DNA of 58,978 bases from Patescibacteria group bacterium. Lineage in GTDB: Bacteria > Patescibacteriota > Minisyncoccia > Phycocordibacterales > UBA1550. Below the pieces are notes generated by a model. It saw only the letters and a program-made list of their open reading frames with translations. It did not search any database and was not told where the DNA came from. Made by a program: the position numbers and the translations under genes. The stretch covers positions 85,978 to 144,955 of the forward strand of contig JBBUDU010000003.1 of NCBI GenBank assembly GCA_038057125.1, read 5' to 3'. Shown in pieces: positions 27,486 through 36,588 of the stretch (positions are counted from its first letter, which is position 1; the number at the start of each line of letters is the position of its first letter).

Positions 27486-28779
27486 ACGCCTTTGCTTTCC
27501 ATTCCTCCTCCTGTCTAACGAGGAATTCGCTAGCACGCTCCGGCTCTGCCATTATTTCTTCCACGGCGCGCTCCATACGGATACCCTGCGAGCCTTTCAT
27601 GAGCACAATATCTCCAGCGCCGATAATACCTTCGAGATACTTCCCAGCCAAACGCGAATCATCAAATTCAATAATATTTTTCTCGCTCATATCGGCATCA
27701 AGCGCGCCCTCTACAATGTACTTTGCGCGCGGACCGACAGCAAGCAACAGATCCACGAAACTCCCTGCTAGTTTACCGATTTTTTTGTGCTCATCGATGG
27801 TAAATTTGCCAAGCTCGAGCATGTCTCCAAGAACCGCAATTCGTTTACCTTTTGTTTTGATACTCTTTAGCGCCTCAAGAGCGGCTTCTGCGGCAACAGG
27901 AGATGCATTGTAGCTGTCATCAATAATACTTGAACCCTTAATCCCCGAAAGCACTCTCATGCGCCCCGGCGGACTCATATGTAAAGAGAGTCGCCCAATA
28001 ATGTCAACTACATTGAGCTTCAGATATACGCCGGTCGCTATGGCTGCAAGCGCACTATATACGGGTTGAACACCCAAAACACCATGCATTGCAACTGGAA
28101 ATACATTACCGTCATATTCGAGCTTGAATGTCGTACCGACTGGCATGTGCCCCTCGTAAGCGGTTTGTATGTTTGATGCGCGAAACATCGCGCCTGCTTT
28201 TAACCCATACGTAAGCGACTTTGCTTTTGTTTTTTCTCGAAGCGCGAGCACGCGTTCATCGTCAGCATTTACAATAAGCACGCCAGTGGAACGGAGCGCT
28301 TTTACAATGTTTGCTTCCTCATCAAAAAGTTCTTCGGGTGATTTGAAAAATTCTACATGTACCGGCACATCTCCAAAGCGCGTAATGACGGCAACATCAG
28401 GTACTACCAATAAAGTGGCGTGCGCTATGTCCCCTGGCTTGTCTGCCCCAATCTCAAGGACAAGCCACTTTGGATAGTGCACGCGAGTTAGGATTAGTAT
28501 TAACCCCTTCAAAATATTTTTAAACCAAAGAAGGGGGTTTAACCACGCGTTTTCACAATTTAAAATAGTGAGAGGAAGCCCTATCTCACTGTTGAAGCTC
28601 TTCATACTTTTGCTCGCTACAAGCGCCTCGCCCACCACCGCAAAAATCGCATCTTTTGTTGAGGTTTTTCCGACTGTTCCCGTGACCGCAATAATCTTTG
28701 GGTTGTACTTGCGGAGCACAAGCTTTGCCTCTGCTTCAAGTATTTTGGTAACGATGTTTCGTAGTAATGTTTTAATCAT
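27484..28779 (-). CDS. murF: UDP-MurNAc-tripeptide--D-Ala-D-Ala ligase
   Basis: Mur ligase P-loop VTGTVGKTSTKD and position downstream of ftsI in the dcw block. Confidence 0.85.
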   Translation of the reverse strand: MIKTLLRNIVTKILEAEAKLVLRKYNPKIIAVTGTVGKTSTKDAIFAVVGEALVASKSMKSFNSEIGLPLTILNCENAWLNPLLWFKNILKGLILILTRVHYPKWLVLEIGADKPGDIAHATLLVVPDVAVITRFGDVPVHVEFFKSPEELFDEEANIVKALRSTGVLIVNADDERVLALREKTKAKSLTYGLKAGAMFRASNIQTAYEGHMPVGTTFKLEYDGNVFPVAMHGVLGVQPVYSALAAIATGVYLKLNVVDIIGRLSLHMSPPGRMRVLSGIKGSSIIDDSYNASPVAAEAALEALKSIKTKGKRIAVLGDMLELGKFTIDEHKKIGKLAGSFVDLLLAVGPRAKYIVEGALDADMSEKNIIEFDDSRLAGKYLEGIIGAGDIVLMKGSQGIRMERAVEEIMAEPERASEFLVRQEEEWKAKA

Positions 28780-28788
28780 AATGGTAGT

Positions 28789-30495
28789 TTACCTGTCGGG
28801 CGGAACCTCATAATAGTTTATCAAAAATTTCGTGATTTGCATAAACGGTAGAGAGAGTGTGTGTGATGCGTACGCTTCCCCGCGTGGATTTTTGAGTGTG
28901 ATGAATATAATAAATTTTGGATCACGAGAAGGGAAGTATCCAAAGAAAGTGTGGAGGTAATCGGTCTTTGAATAAACGCCGTCTTCCACAAGCTGTGCGG
29001 TACCAGTTTTTGCGGCAATACTGTAATGCTCCATTTTAAGAGTACCACCCATAAGAGCCTTATCGACCACTACGGTAAGCATTCGTGAAATCTCTTCTGA
29101 TGTTTCCTTTTTTAGCACACGTCGTTCGTTCGACGGTACAAAATCACGCGAAGGTCCAATACTGTATTCGGTGCGCTTGACCACATGCGGGGTTACCAAC
29201 ACGCCACCGTTTGCAAGTGAGGCAAGCGCGCGTATTGTCGCAATTGGTGTCATTGAAATACCCTGACCAAATGATGCGGTTGCGTATTCAATGTCACGAG
29301 GGCTCTCAAGGTTCTGCAGTTTGCCCACGCTCTCGTTTGGTAAATCAATTCCTGTTTCTTCTCCAAGTCCGTATGCTTTAAAATATTCCCTAAAACGGTC
29401 TTTACCAAGACGATCCATCACAAACATTGTTCCCGTGTTGAGAGACTGATTAAGAATTTCCTGCATTGGCACTACCCCGCGCGATTTTCCGTCAAAATTG
29501 GCAATGCGTTTTGTGTTTACAACACGAAACCCTTTATCGTCGTAGGTGGTACTTGCGGTTATCACACCTGCGTCTATGCCTGCTGCTATTGTGAGAGGCT
29601 TTACAATAGAGCCCATTTCATACACCCCATCCACGAGCGGATTTGCGAAAACACTTTGGTTTTTTTCTTTCGAAAAGTTGTTTGGGTCAAATGTTGGCAT
29701 TGTTGCCATTGCTAATATCTCGCCTGTTTTCGGGTTCATAATAATTCCGCCTACACTTGCAGCATTATATTTTTTTAAAATATCATTCTCGAGAGTCCGC
29801 TCGAGAAACCCTTGCACGGTGGGCTCAATGGTTGTCACCAAGTCCCCTTCGCGCCCTCGGTCAAAAAGTATCGCTGCGCCCGGCTTCAAAAATAAATCTG
29901 CAAAAAAGTTCGTTGACTCATTATTTCCAGACCGAGTGAGTGGTTCATTATAATATTGCTCGAGGCCGTATCTGCCTGTGACCACGCTACCATTTGACCC
30001 TATGAAGCCAAGGACTTGCGCCGAGAGCTGATTCCCTGGGTAAAAGCGTTTTTTATTTTTCTCTAAGATGATACTTCTGTCGGCGAGTGCTTTAATCCCC
30101 TCAATTTCTTTCTCAGACAAATGCTTTGTGACTTCTTCATATTGGTCGTTCGCGCGCCCCATCCGAGCAATCAAATCCGCGCGGTCAAAAGAAGCAAACG
30201 TCGCCAGTTTATCCGCGAGGGCTTCTTTATCCTTGACCTTTGAAGGGTCTACGGCAAGCGTGTAGTCAGGCACTACAGTAGCGGCAGAAATGGTGCGCCC
30301 AGTCTTTTCTGTAAAAAATATAGTACCTCTGTCGAATGTTCCACCCGTGGAAGAAAGGTAGGGAGATTCTGCTTTATTTCTATAGAATTCCCCTTTGTTT
30401 ATTTGTAGATATCCAAGTTTTGTAATCAAAAGGAGTGCTATCAAAAGCACTCCTGTGTTTAAAAACCATATATTGTAAATCCGACGCTCTTTCAT
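28789..30495 (-). CDS. ftsI: class B penicillin-binding protein (division transpeptidase)
   Basis: N-terminal TM, transpeptidase motifs SIVKP (SxxK), SLNTG-type SxN, KTGTA. Position after the ftsL-like gene. Confidence 0.85.
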   Translation of the reverse strand: MKERRIYNIWFLNTGVLLIALLLITKLGYLQINKGEFYRNKAESPYLSSTGGTFDRGTIFFTEKTGRTISAATVVPDYTLAVDPSKVKDKEALADKLATFASFDRADLIARMGRANDQYEEVTKHLSEKEIEGIKALADRSIILEKNKKRFYPGNQLSAQVLGFIGSNGSVVTGRYGLEQYYNEPLTRSGNNESTNFFADLFLKPGAAILFDRGREGDLVTTIEPTVQGFLERTLENDILKKYNAASVGGIIMNPKTGEILAMATMPTFDPNNFSKEKNQSVFANPLVDGVYEMGSIVKPLTIAAGIDAGVITASTTYDDKGFRVVNTKRIANFDGKSRGVVPMQEILNQSLNTGTMFVMDRLGKDRFREYFKAYGLGEETGIDLPNESVGKLQNLESPRDIEYATASFGQGISMTPIATIRALASLANGGVLVTPHVVKRTEYSIGPSRDFVPSNERRVLKKETSEEISRMLTVVVDKALMGGTLKMEHYSIAAKTGTAQLVEDGVYSKTDYLHTFFGYFPSRDPKFIIFITLKNPRGEAYASHTLSLPFMQITKFLINYYEVPPDR

Positions 30496-30501
30496 CCCAT
30501 T

Positions 30502-30837
30502 TTAGCGCGCCATTGAAATTTTTGTGGGAGACGTCTCTGCCGTTGCCACTGCAATGACTGGCGAACCCGCAAACTTTGCATTTATCTCAGAAAAGCCGAG
30601 GGTCTCTGCATACGCAAGGGTAACAGAATTTGTTTGCGATAAATATTCCGCTTCAAGCGCGCCTGTCTTTTTTGCAATCTGATGTGCGGCGAGGTTCTGT
30701 CTGTTGCGGTCCACAACTGCGAGCGTGAGCGACAGCACAGAGTACAAATAGAATGCAACCACCACGCCGATTAGTGCCGCCAATATCCAAAAAATCTTAT
30801 GTTCTATATTATTCAACTCGAGTGTTTTTGTGGTCAT
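30502..30837 (-). CDS. FtsL-like small bitopic membrane protein
   Basis: Single TM (IFWILAALIGVVVAFYLYSVL). Occupies the canonical slot between rsmH and ftsI. The call is positional only. Confidence 0.45.
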   Translation of the reverse strand: MTTKTLELNNIEHKIFWILAALIGVVVAFYLYSVLSLTLAVVDRNRQNLAAHQIAKKTGALEAEYLSQTNSVTLAYAETLGFSEINAKFAGSPVIAVATAETSPTKISMAR

Positions 30838-30846
30838 AGTAGAGAA

Positions 30847-31731
30847 TTAATTTTTAATGATTATTCTTAATTTCGCGCTTCGAGATTTCGGGTTTTCTTT
30901 TATTTCAATGTCGCCGGGAACGATTGGTTTTTTTGTAACAAGAGTTGCTGTTCCTTCTTCTTTTTTTTGTCTAAAAAATTCTTTTACAATGCGGTCTTCG
31001 AGTGAGTGAAATGAAATGACCGCCATTCTGCCACCCGGGGCAAGGTGTGCAAAACCCCTTGAAATACCTTCTCGCAATGCACCGAGTTCGTCATTTACCG
31101 CGATGCGAATGGCCTGAAATGTCTTTGTGGCGGAGTTTATCTTGCCAAAACGTTTTGGCACACTCTGTTTTACGATTTCGGCGAGCTGTCCGGATGTTTC
31201 GATGGATTTTGACGCTCTCGCTTCCACGATTCCACGCGCAATCCTCTTTGCGTATCTCTCTTCGCCGTAGCCAAAAATAATATCCGCGATACTTTCCTCT
31301 GCCCATTCGTTTACAATCTCGCGCGCAGTGAGGCCATCGCCCTCTGAGCGAAATGTCATCAAGAGCGGTTCGTCACGCATAAAAGAGAATCCGCGCGGTG
31401 AAACCGAGAGCTGGCGATTTGAAAGGCCGATGTCGAGCAAAATAGCATCAATTTTTTCGACGCCTGCATTTTTGAGCACTGCGTCAATGTTTCGGAAGTT
31501 GGCGCATACAAAGAGTTTTTTACAAGGAAGGTCTTTTAAACGTTCCTCGGCTATTGCGAGAGACTCTTTGTCAGCATCCGTGCCGATAAAGAAACCGCCC
31601 TTCCCTATCTTTTCGCAAAGAACTCTGCTGTGCCCGCCGAGACCGACGGTCCCTTCGAACACTGTCTTGCCAATGGTGAGCGCAAGCCCCTCTGTGGATT
31701 CCTGTAAAAGAACTGGGATGTGGCGATCCAT
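30847..31731 (-). CDS. rsmH: 16S rRNA (cytosine1402-N4)-methyltransferase
   Basis: HIPVLL start, GTVGLGGHS, DLGLSNRQL and ISFHSLEDR motifs. Confidence 0.9.
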   Translation of the reverse strand: MDRHIPVLLQESTEGLALTIGKTVFEGTVGLGGHSRVLCEKIGKGGFFIGTDADKESLAIAEERLKDLPCKKLFVCANFRNIDAVLKNAGVEKIDAILLDIGLSNRQLSVSPRGFSFMRDEPLLMTFRSEGDGLTAREIVNEWAEESIADIIFGYGEERYAKRIARGIVEARASKSIETSGQLAEIVKQSVPKRFGKINSATKTFQAIRIAVNDELGALREGISRGFAHLAPGGRMAVISFHSLEDRIVKEFFRQKKEEGTATLVTKKPIVPGDIEIKENPKSRSAKLRIIIKN

Positions 31732-31737
31732 ACCCGC

Positions 31738-32172
31738 TTATATGACGCCTATCTCTCCAAGCTTTTCTGCGAGAGCATCCGCTCCTTTTTGAATACGCGC
31801 CTTGTATTCTTGCCATACTTTTTCGTTCCAGAGCTCGACACGAGTGGAGACGCCCACGACGGCAACTTGAGTTTTCAAATCTGCAAACTCTTTTAAAAAA
31901 TCTGGAACAAGAATACGACCAATGCTGTCGACATCTGTTTCTACGGCACCCGCGAGCATAAAGCGTCCAAAACCACGCGTGTCTGCTTGTCCCATAGGGA
32001 GTCCCGCAAGTTTCCCTGCAACTTTTTCCCATTCTTTTATAGGATAAACAAAAAGACAATTATCAAGACCATGTGTGATTACAACTTTCTTACCAAGTTC
32101 CTTGCGAAACTTCGCGGGCAGCGCGAGACGTTTCTTGGGATCGAGGGTATGAATGTATTCGCCGATAAGCAT
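31738..32172 (-). CDS. mraZ: transcriptional regulator MraZ
   Basis: Duplicated SpoVT/AbrB-like halves with DPKKRLALPAKFR and DSIGRILVPDFL (two DXXXR motifs). First gene of the dcw block. Confidence 0.88.
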   Translation of the reverse strand: MLIGEYIHTLDPKKRLALPAKFRKELGKKVVITHGLDNCLFVYPIKEWEKVAGKLAGLPMGQADTRGFGRFMLAGAVETDVDSIGRILVPDFLKEFADLKTQVAVVGVSTRVELWNEKVWQEYKARIQKGADALAEKLGEIGVI

Positions 32173-32243
32173 AGTAATTTTTTTAGTGAGATTTTTGTAG
32201 AATTTCTAATTGTCTATGGCCTAGCCAAGAATTTGCTAATTCT

Positions 32244-32289
32244 CCACTTCATCCCACTTGGCTACATTATATTACACTTTACTCCACTC
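32244..32289 (-). promoter_or_regulatory. candidate MraZ operator: four phased (A)AGTG(G/T) boxes bracketing a TATAAT
   Basis: Plus-strand ccactt 32244, ccactt 32254, acactt 32274, ccactc 32284, in 10-nt register. A minus-strand TATAAT at 32266-32271 occupies the empty register position. Confidence 0.5.
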
Positions 32290-32318
32290 TACAACAATAG
32301 TTATCCACAAGCGAGTGA

Positions 32319-32342
32319 GGGGTCAAAAAGTACCCTTTTTAG
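32319..32342. repeat. degenerate copy of the REP-like palindrome (ggggtcaaaaagtaccctttttag)
   Basis: Matches the element flanking the RAYT gene (gggggtcaggtaccctttttag) apart from a short internal indel. Confidence 0.5.
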
Positions 32343-32393
32343 TCCCGAGCGAGCGAAGTGGATATTGTATCTAGTTATATCCACAGTTTGGAC

Positions 32394-32430
32394 AAAAGAA
32401 AAAAGCACCATTTGCGTAGCAAATGGTGCT
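32394..32430 (-). terminator. rho-independent terminator about 150 nt downstream of lysS
   Basis: A 12-bp stem, agcaccatttgc/gcaaatggtgct, followed on the minus strand by TTTTTTCTTTT. Confidence 0.75.
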
Positions 32431-32582
32431 TGAGTAAAACCTCCAGACTCGTGTGAAGGATGGGCACACTGCCTAGAGTAAAACCCAATGAAAACAAGGG
32501 GAAAGAGGGGTCTTCAGTGGATTTTTAACCTTATTTAAAGTCCTTTCAACCTATCTAAAGGAGAGTATACCACAAAAAAACC

Positions 32583-34055
32583 CTACTCGCTCTGTGGTCT
32601 CATTGTGGGGAAAAGTACTACCTCGCGGATATTTCGTGTATTGGAGAGAACCATGACCACGCGGTCAATGCCTATACCCACCCCGCCGGCAGGAGGAAGG
32701 CCATACTCAATAGCCTCGAGATAGTCTTCGTCCGAGGGCGACACATCCCCTTCTCCCCCCTTTTTCTTTTTGTCCTGTTCTTCGTAGCGAGCTTTTTGTT
32801 CTAGCGGATCGTTCAATTCTGAAAATGCATTCACCATTTCAATACCTGCGATGACGAGTTGGAACCGGTCAATGAGGGCGGGCTTCGCTTCTTGCTTCTT
32901 TGCAAACGGCGAAAAACCGGCAGGGAAGTCTACGATAAATGTCGGCTGAATAATTTTTGGGCGACAAGTTTTTTTGTAAACATTGTCCATTATTTTTTCT
33001 ATGGAGTCTGATGGTTCTACGCGCACCCCAAAACGCTCCGAAGAAAGCTTCCAATCTTCCCTAGACATTGTCTCAGGGCTCTCCATAGACGCGTAACGCT
33101 TGAATAAGTCTAAAAATGATACTACTGTAAACTTTTTTGAAGTATCAATAATATCCTCGCCGTTTTTAATTTTACCCCCTTTCAGGACAGTTTTTACAAG
33201 AGTCTTTATAAATTTCTCAACAAACGCCATTTGTGAGGCGGAAGTTTCGTATGCGGCATAAAATTCTAGCATCGTAAACTCTGGATTGTGCGTCATATCG
33301 ATACCCTCATTTCTAAAATTACGGCCAATTTCGTACACGCGTGGAAATCCGCCAATCAAAAGTTTTTTCAAATAAAGCTCTGGGGCAATGCGCAGATTGA
33401 GGTCAATATCGAGCGCATTGTGATGCGTTTCAAAAGGCATGGCCAAGGCACCACCAGCAAGAGACTGCAGGATTGGGGTTTCAACTTCAAGATAATCAGC
33501 ATCATTTAAAAACTTGCGAATCTCAGTAATGACATTCGAACGAAGCACGAAGCGTGCGCGAACTTCCTCCGACATAAGCAAATCCAAATAGCGTTTACGA
33601 AAACGCTCTTCCACATCTTGGAGGCCGTGCCATTTATCTGGAAGCGGGCGCAAACTTTTCGCAAGAATCTTCCAATCCTTCACGAGAATAGTCCTCTCTT
33701 TGCGCTTTGTCATAAAGAGCGTCCCTGTACATTCTACAAAATCACCAACATCCACAGCGTCTTGAAAAAGCGCAAAAAGACTCTCGTCCATTTCATCACG
33801 CTTAAGAAAACCCTGAATAGTGGCTTCCCCGTCGCGAAGATTAAAAAACACAAGAGCGCCTTGACCGCGAATAGCCACGACGCGACCCGCGAGCGTCATT
33901 TTTTTATTATCACGCGACAATTTTGCAAATGAAGCCAAGGCTTGCGCGACAGAAAAAGAACGCTTGGTTGCAATAGGATACGGATTGATTCCCTTCTCTT
34001 TGAGAAGTTCGAGTTTCTTTATTCTTTCAGCACGAAGCTCTAGGATAGAAGCCAT
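32583..34055 (-). CDS. lysS: lysyl-tRNA synthetase, class II
   Basis: OB-fold N-terminus and class II motifs (FRNEGIDMTHNPEFTMLE, GGVGIGIDRVVM). 490 aa. Confidence 0.92.
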   Translation of the reverse strand: MASILELRAERIKKLELLKEKGINPYPIATKRSFSVAQALASFAKLSRDNKKMTLAGRVVAIRGQGALVFFNLRDGEATIQGFLKRDEMDESLFALFQDAVDVGDFVECTGTLFMTKRKERTILVKDWKILAKSLRPLPDKWHGLQDVEERFRKRYLDLLMSEEVRARFVLRSNVITEIRKFLNDADYLEVETPILQSLAGGALAMPFETHHNALDIDLNLRIAPELYLKKLLIGGFPRVYEIGRNFRNEGIDMTHNPEFTMLEFYAAYETSASQMAFVEKFIKTLVKTVLKGGKIKNGEDIIDTSKKFTVVSFLDLFKRYASMESPETMSREDWKLSSERFGVRVEPSDSIEKIMDNVYKKTCRPKIIQPTFIVDFPAGFSPFAKKQEAKPALIDRFQLVIAGIEMVNAFSELNDPLEQKARYEEQDKKKKGGEGDVSPSDEDYLEAIEYGLPPAGGVGIGIDRVVMVLSNTRNIREVVLFPTMRPQSE

Positions 34056-34065
34056 AAATTAAATT

Positions 34066-34533
34066 CTACTCCACATCAACAATCTTTGCTTCGACGAGAC
34101 CAACCGGTGTTTCGTAAGAGATTTTGTCTCCTTTTTTCTTTCCCATAATGGCTTCTCCAAGAGGCGACTTGTTTGAAATTTTATTTTCTTTTGTGTTCGT
34201 TTCTTCAGAGCCAACAATCTGATAGCGGCGCTCCGCTTTTTCTCCGCCCTTTATAATAACGACAGTTGAACCGATAGTGACTACTCCACCTTTGTGTTTT
34301 TCGGTAATAACAACATTCTTAATCATCTGCTCAAGCTTTGCGATGCGTTCTTCGGTCTCTGCCTGGTTTTGGCGTGCTTCGTGATACTCGGCGTTTTCCG
34401 AGAGGTCCCCTAGGCCCTTTGCAAACTCAAGTTGCTCCGCAATCTCCTTGCGACGCACGCTCTTCAAGTGGTCCAACTCCTTGGTTAATTCCGCAAATTT
34501 CTCTTTGCTTAAATATTCTTTTTCTTCTGACAT
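34066..34533 (-). CDS. greA: transcription elongation factor GreA
   Basis: Coiled-coil with the acidic tip motif GDLSENAEYHEAR, followed by a C-terminal globular domain. Confidence 0.92.
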   Translation of the reverse strand: MSEEKEYLSKEKFAELTKELDHLKSVRRKEIAEQLEFAKGLGDLSENAEYHEARQNQAETEERIAKLEQMIKNVVITEKHKGGVVTIGSTVVIIKGGEKAERRYQIVGSEETNTKENKISNKSPLGEAIMGKKKGDKISYETPVGLVEAKIVDVE

Positions 34534-34577
34534 ATGAGTGCCATTCTATCGGTTTCCCGCCCAGAAGTCAATTCGCC

Positions 34578-36320
34578 TTACTTGAGGTATTCCGGCGTAT
34601 TTTCATTCATCCAGTCCAAAAGCTGTCGCATTACGTATACACCACCGATGGTGTTTGCGTACGGACCGCGTTCCATCACGACAGTAAAAGCATAGCGCGG
34701 TTTTTCATAAGGGAAAAAACCGACAACCCATGAGTTGATATACTTTTTCCCTGCATCTATTTCGGCTGTACCTGTCTTGCCGGCAACATCTACATACCAC
34801 ACATTTAGACCTGCTACGGTCCCTTCCGTAACTGCTTGGCGCATTCCATCACGCGCGACTTGAAAGTGTTCCGAGGAAATTGGAATCTTTGAGGTTGGAA
34901 ATTCTTGCGCGGGATCTTTCAAAAGATGCGGAGTAACGAGCGTGCCGTCGTTTGCGATACTTGCGATACCGCGAACTGCCTGCAAGGGTGTTGTTTGAAA
35001 ACCATACTGCCCGATGACCGTGTGGTATGTGTCTCCCAGACGCCACGTTCCGTCCTTAAACATTTTTTGTTTCCACTCCGGACTTGGGATGGTTCCGTTT
35101 TTTTCATCGGTAATATCTATTCCGGCCGGCGAGCCAAAACCAAACATACGAGAGTATTTTTCAATGTTCGCAATACCGATGCCTTTTTGACTTTCAAAAC
35201 CGCCGCCGATTGCATAAAAATATACATCCGACGATACTGCGAGAGCACGGCGCATATCCACCCATCCGTGCGCCTTCCAGTCATTAAATACTGATTTTAT
35301 ATTGGGATAGTATGGATTTTGAATTGAAATAGATCCGGTACTTAAAATTTGTTTTTCTGTATTAATAACGCCTTCGGAGAGTGCGGCAATAGCCATAAAA
35401 GGTTTTATAATAGATCCAGGTGTATACACGCCTGAAACAGCGCGGTTTAAAAACACAGCACGCTTGTCTAGGTTATAACTTTGGATAAGTTTTTTATTTT
35501 TTCCTTCGGAGAGCACGGAGCTTTCATATTCCGGATAGCTTGTCATCGCCAAAAGCTCCCCTGTTTCAATATCCATAATAGTACCAGCGCCAGCCACATA
35601 GCCAAAGTCATTTGCGGTTTGCCTGATCGTGGTATGGAGCTTTTCTTGCACACGCGAGTCAATGGAGAGTGTAAGGGGTGTGCCGTTCTTTGGCGCTTCA
35701 ACGATACTTCCAGCCTTTGAATTCCCAAGTGCATCTGTTTCCACGATCTGGAGTCCGTTCTCTCCTGATAGACTCTTGTTGTAATACTCCTCGATGCCAT
35801 CTTTGCCATCAAACTTTTCCTGATAGTAGTATCCGCGAGTGTCGCGCTTTGGGTAACTCACATAGCCAAGTGTGTGTCCAAAACCGGGTGATGCAATGTA
35901 TGAACGATGCGGAAAGGGCATTTTTTCGGTTGTAGAACTCGTGTCTGACATAATGAGCGCTGTCCGAGCTGCCTCGTCATCAAAAGAATTCCACGCAAGA
36001 GGAACTTTGTTGCGGTCATAAATAACACCACGCATGGCAAAAAGTGGCGTATGATCAAGACGATTGTTTTCGCTCTTTGCAAAAAAATCGGCACCGTTTA
36101 CAACCTGCAAACTTGTCACCTTTACAAGAAAAGTGGCGGACACCAAAAGAAAAAAAACAAAAACACCCAATATAGACATTCGACTTATGGATTTTTCTAT
36201 TCGCCCCTCAAACTGGTCTTTGTCAAATCCAGGCAAATTTTTTGAATCAAGAAAAATCTCATCCGGATTGATGTCTCGAGAAAGCTGTCTTAAGTGTCGG
36301 GCGAAGATTTTCTTTGACAT
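34578..36320 (-). CDS. mrdA: class B penicillin-binding protein 2 (elongation transpeptidase)
   Basis: N-terminal TM, SIIKP (SxxK), SSDVY (SxD), KTGTA. Directly downstream of mreBCD. Confidence 0.8.
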   Translation of the reverse strand: MSKKIFARHLRQLSRDINPDEIFLDSKNLPGFDKDQFEGRIEKSISRMSILGVFVFFLLVSATFLVKVTSLQVVNGADFFAKSENNRLDHTPLFAMRGVIYDRNKVPLAWNSFDDEAARTALIMSDTSSTTEKMPFPHRSYIASPGFGHTLGYVSYPKRDTRGYYYQEKFDGKDGIEEYYNKSLSGENGLQIVETDALGNSKAGSIVEAPKNGTPLTLSIDSRVQEKLHTTIRQTANDFGYVAGAGTIMDIETGELLAMTSYPEYESSVLSEGKNKKLIQSYNLDKRAVFLNRAVSGVYTPGSIIKPFMAIAALSEGVINTEKQILSTGSISIQNPYYPNIKSVFNDWKAHGWVDMRRALAVSSDVYFYAIGGGFESQKGIGIANIEKYSRMFGFGSPAGIDITDEKNGTIPSPEWKQKMFKDGTWRLGDTYHTVIGQYGFQTTPLQAVRGIASIANDGTLVTPHLLKDPAQEFPTSKIPISSEHFQVARDGMRQAVTEGTVAGLNVWYVDVAGKTGTAEIDAGKKYINSWVVGFFPYEKPRYAFTVVMERGPYANTIGGVYVMRQLLDWMNENTPEYLK

Positions 36321-36338
36321 GGTATTACTGTATCACTA

Positions 36339-36587
36339 CTATCGCACTATTTTCTTTACATAGGTAGCCAGAGCAAAAACAATAACAGACCCGAGAATAC
36401 CTGCCATCCCCATGGCGGACAGGGTGCGCGCTCCGTACAAAAAATCAATAAGGGCGCCAAACACTATAACTTCATAAAAAGACGAAAAGAACAAAACGCC
36501 GAAGAAGGCGAGTACCGCCACAAACCACCATGGCGTATAAAAAACCGCGCAAAGCAACACAAAATCAAAAAAAAGTCGCTTCTTCAT
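36339..36587 (-). CDS. MreD-like small polytopic membrane protein
   Basis: 82 aa from Met7 and very hydrophobic. Occupies the mreD slot between mreC and mrdA. The call is positional. Confidence 0.4.
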   Translation of the reverse strand: MKKRLFFDFVLLCAVFYTPWWFVAVLAFFGVLFFSSFYEVIVFGALIDFLYGARTLSAMGMAGILGSVIVFALATYVKKIVR

Positions 36588-36588
36588 G

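Noticed and set aside
32301-32384. A perfect DnaA box TTATCCACA (32301-32309) plus two near-matches (atatccaca ending at 32384; agtggatat at 32357-32365) in the largest intergenic region. Is this oriC?
   Set aside because: One exact 9-mer is expected by chance roughly once per two windows of this size. No dnaA or dnaN gene, no obvious AT-rich unwinding element and no strand-bias switch occurs at this position. A GC-skew calculation on the full contig would be needed to revisit this.
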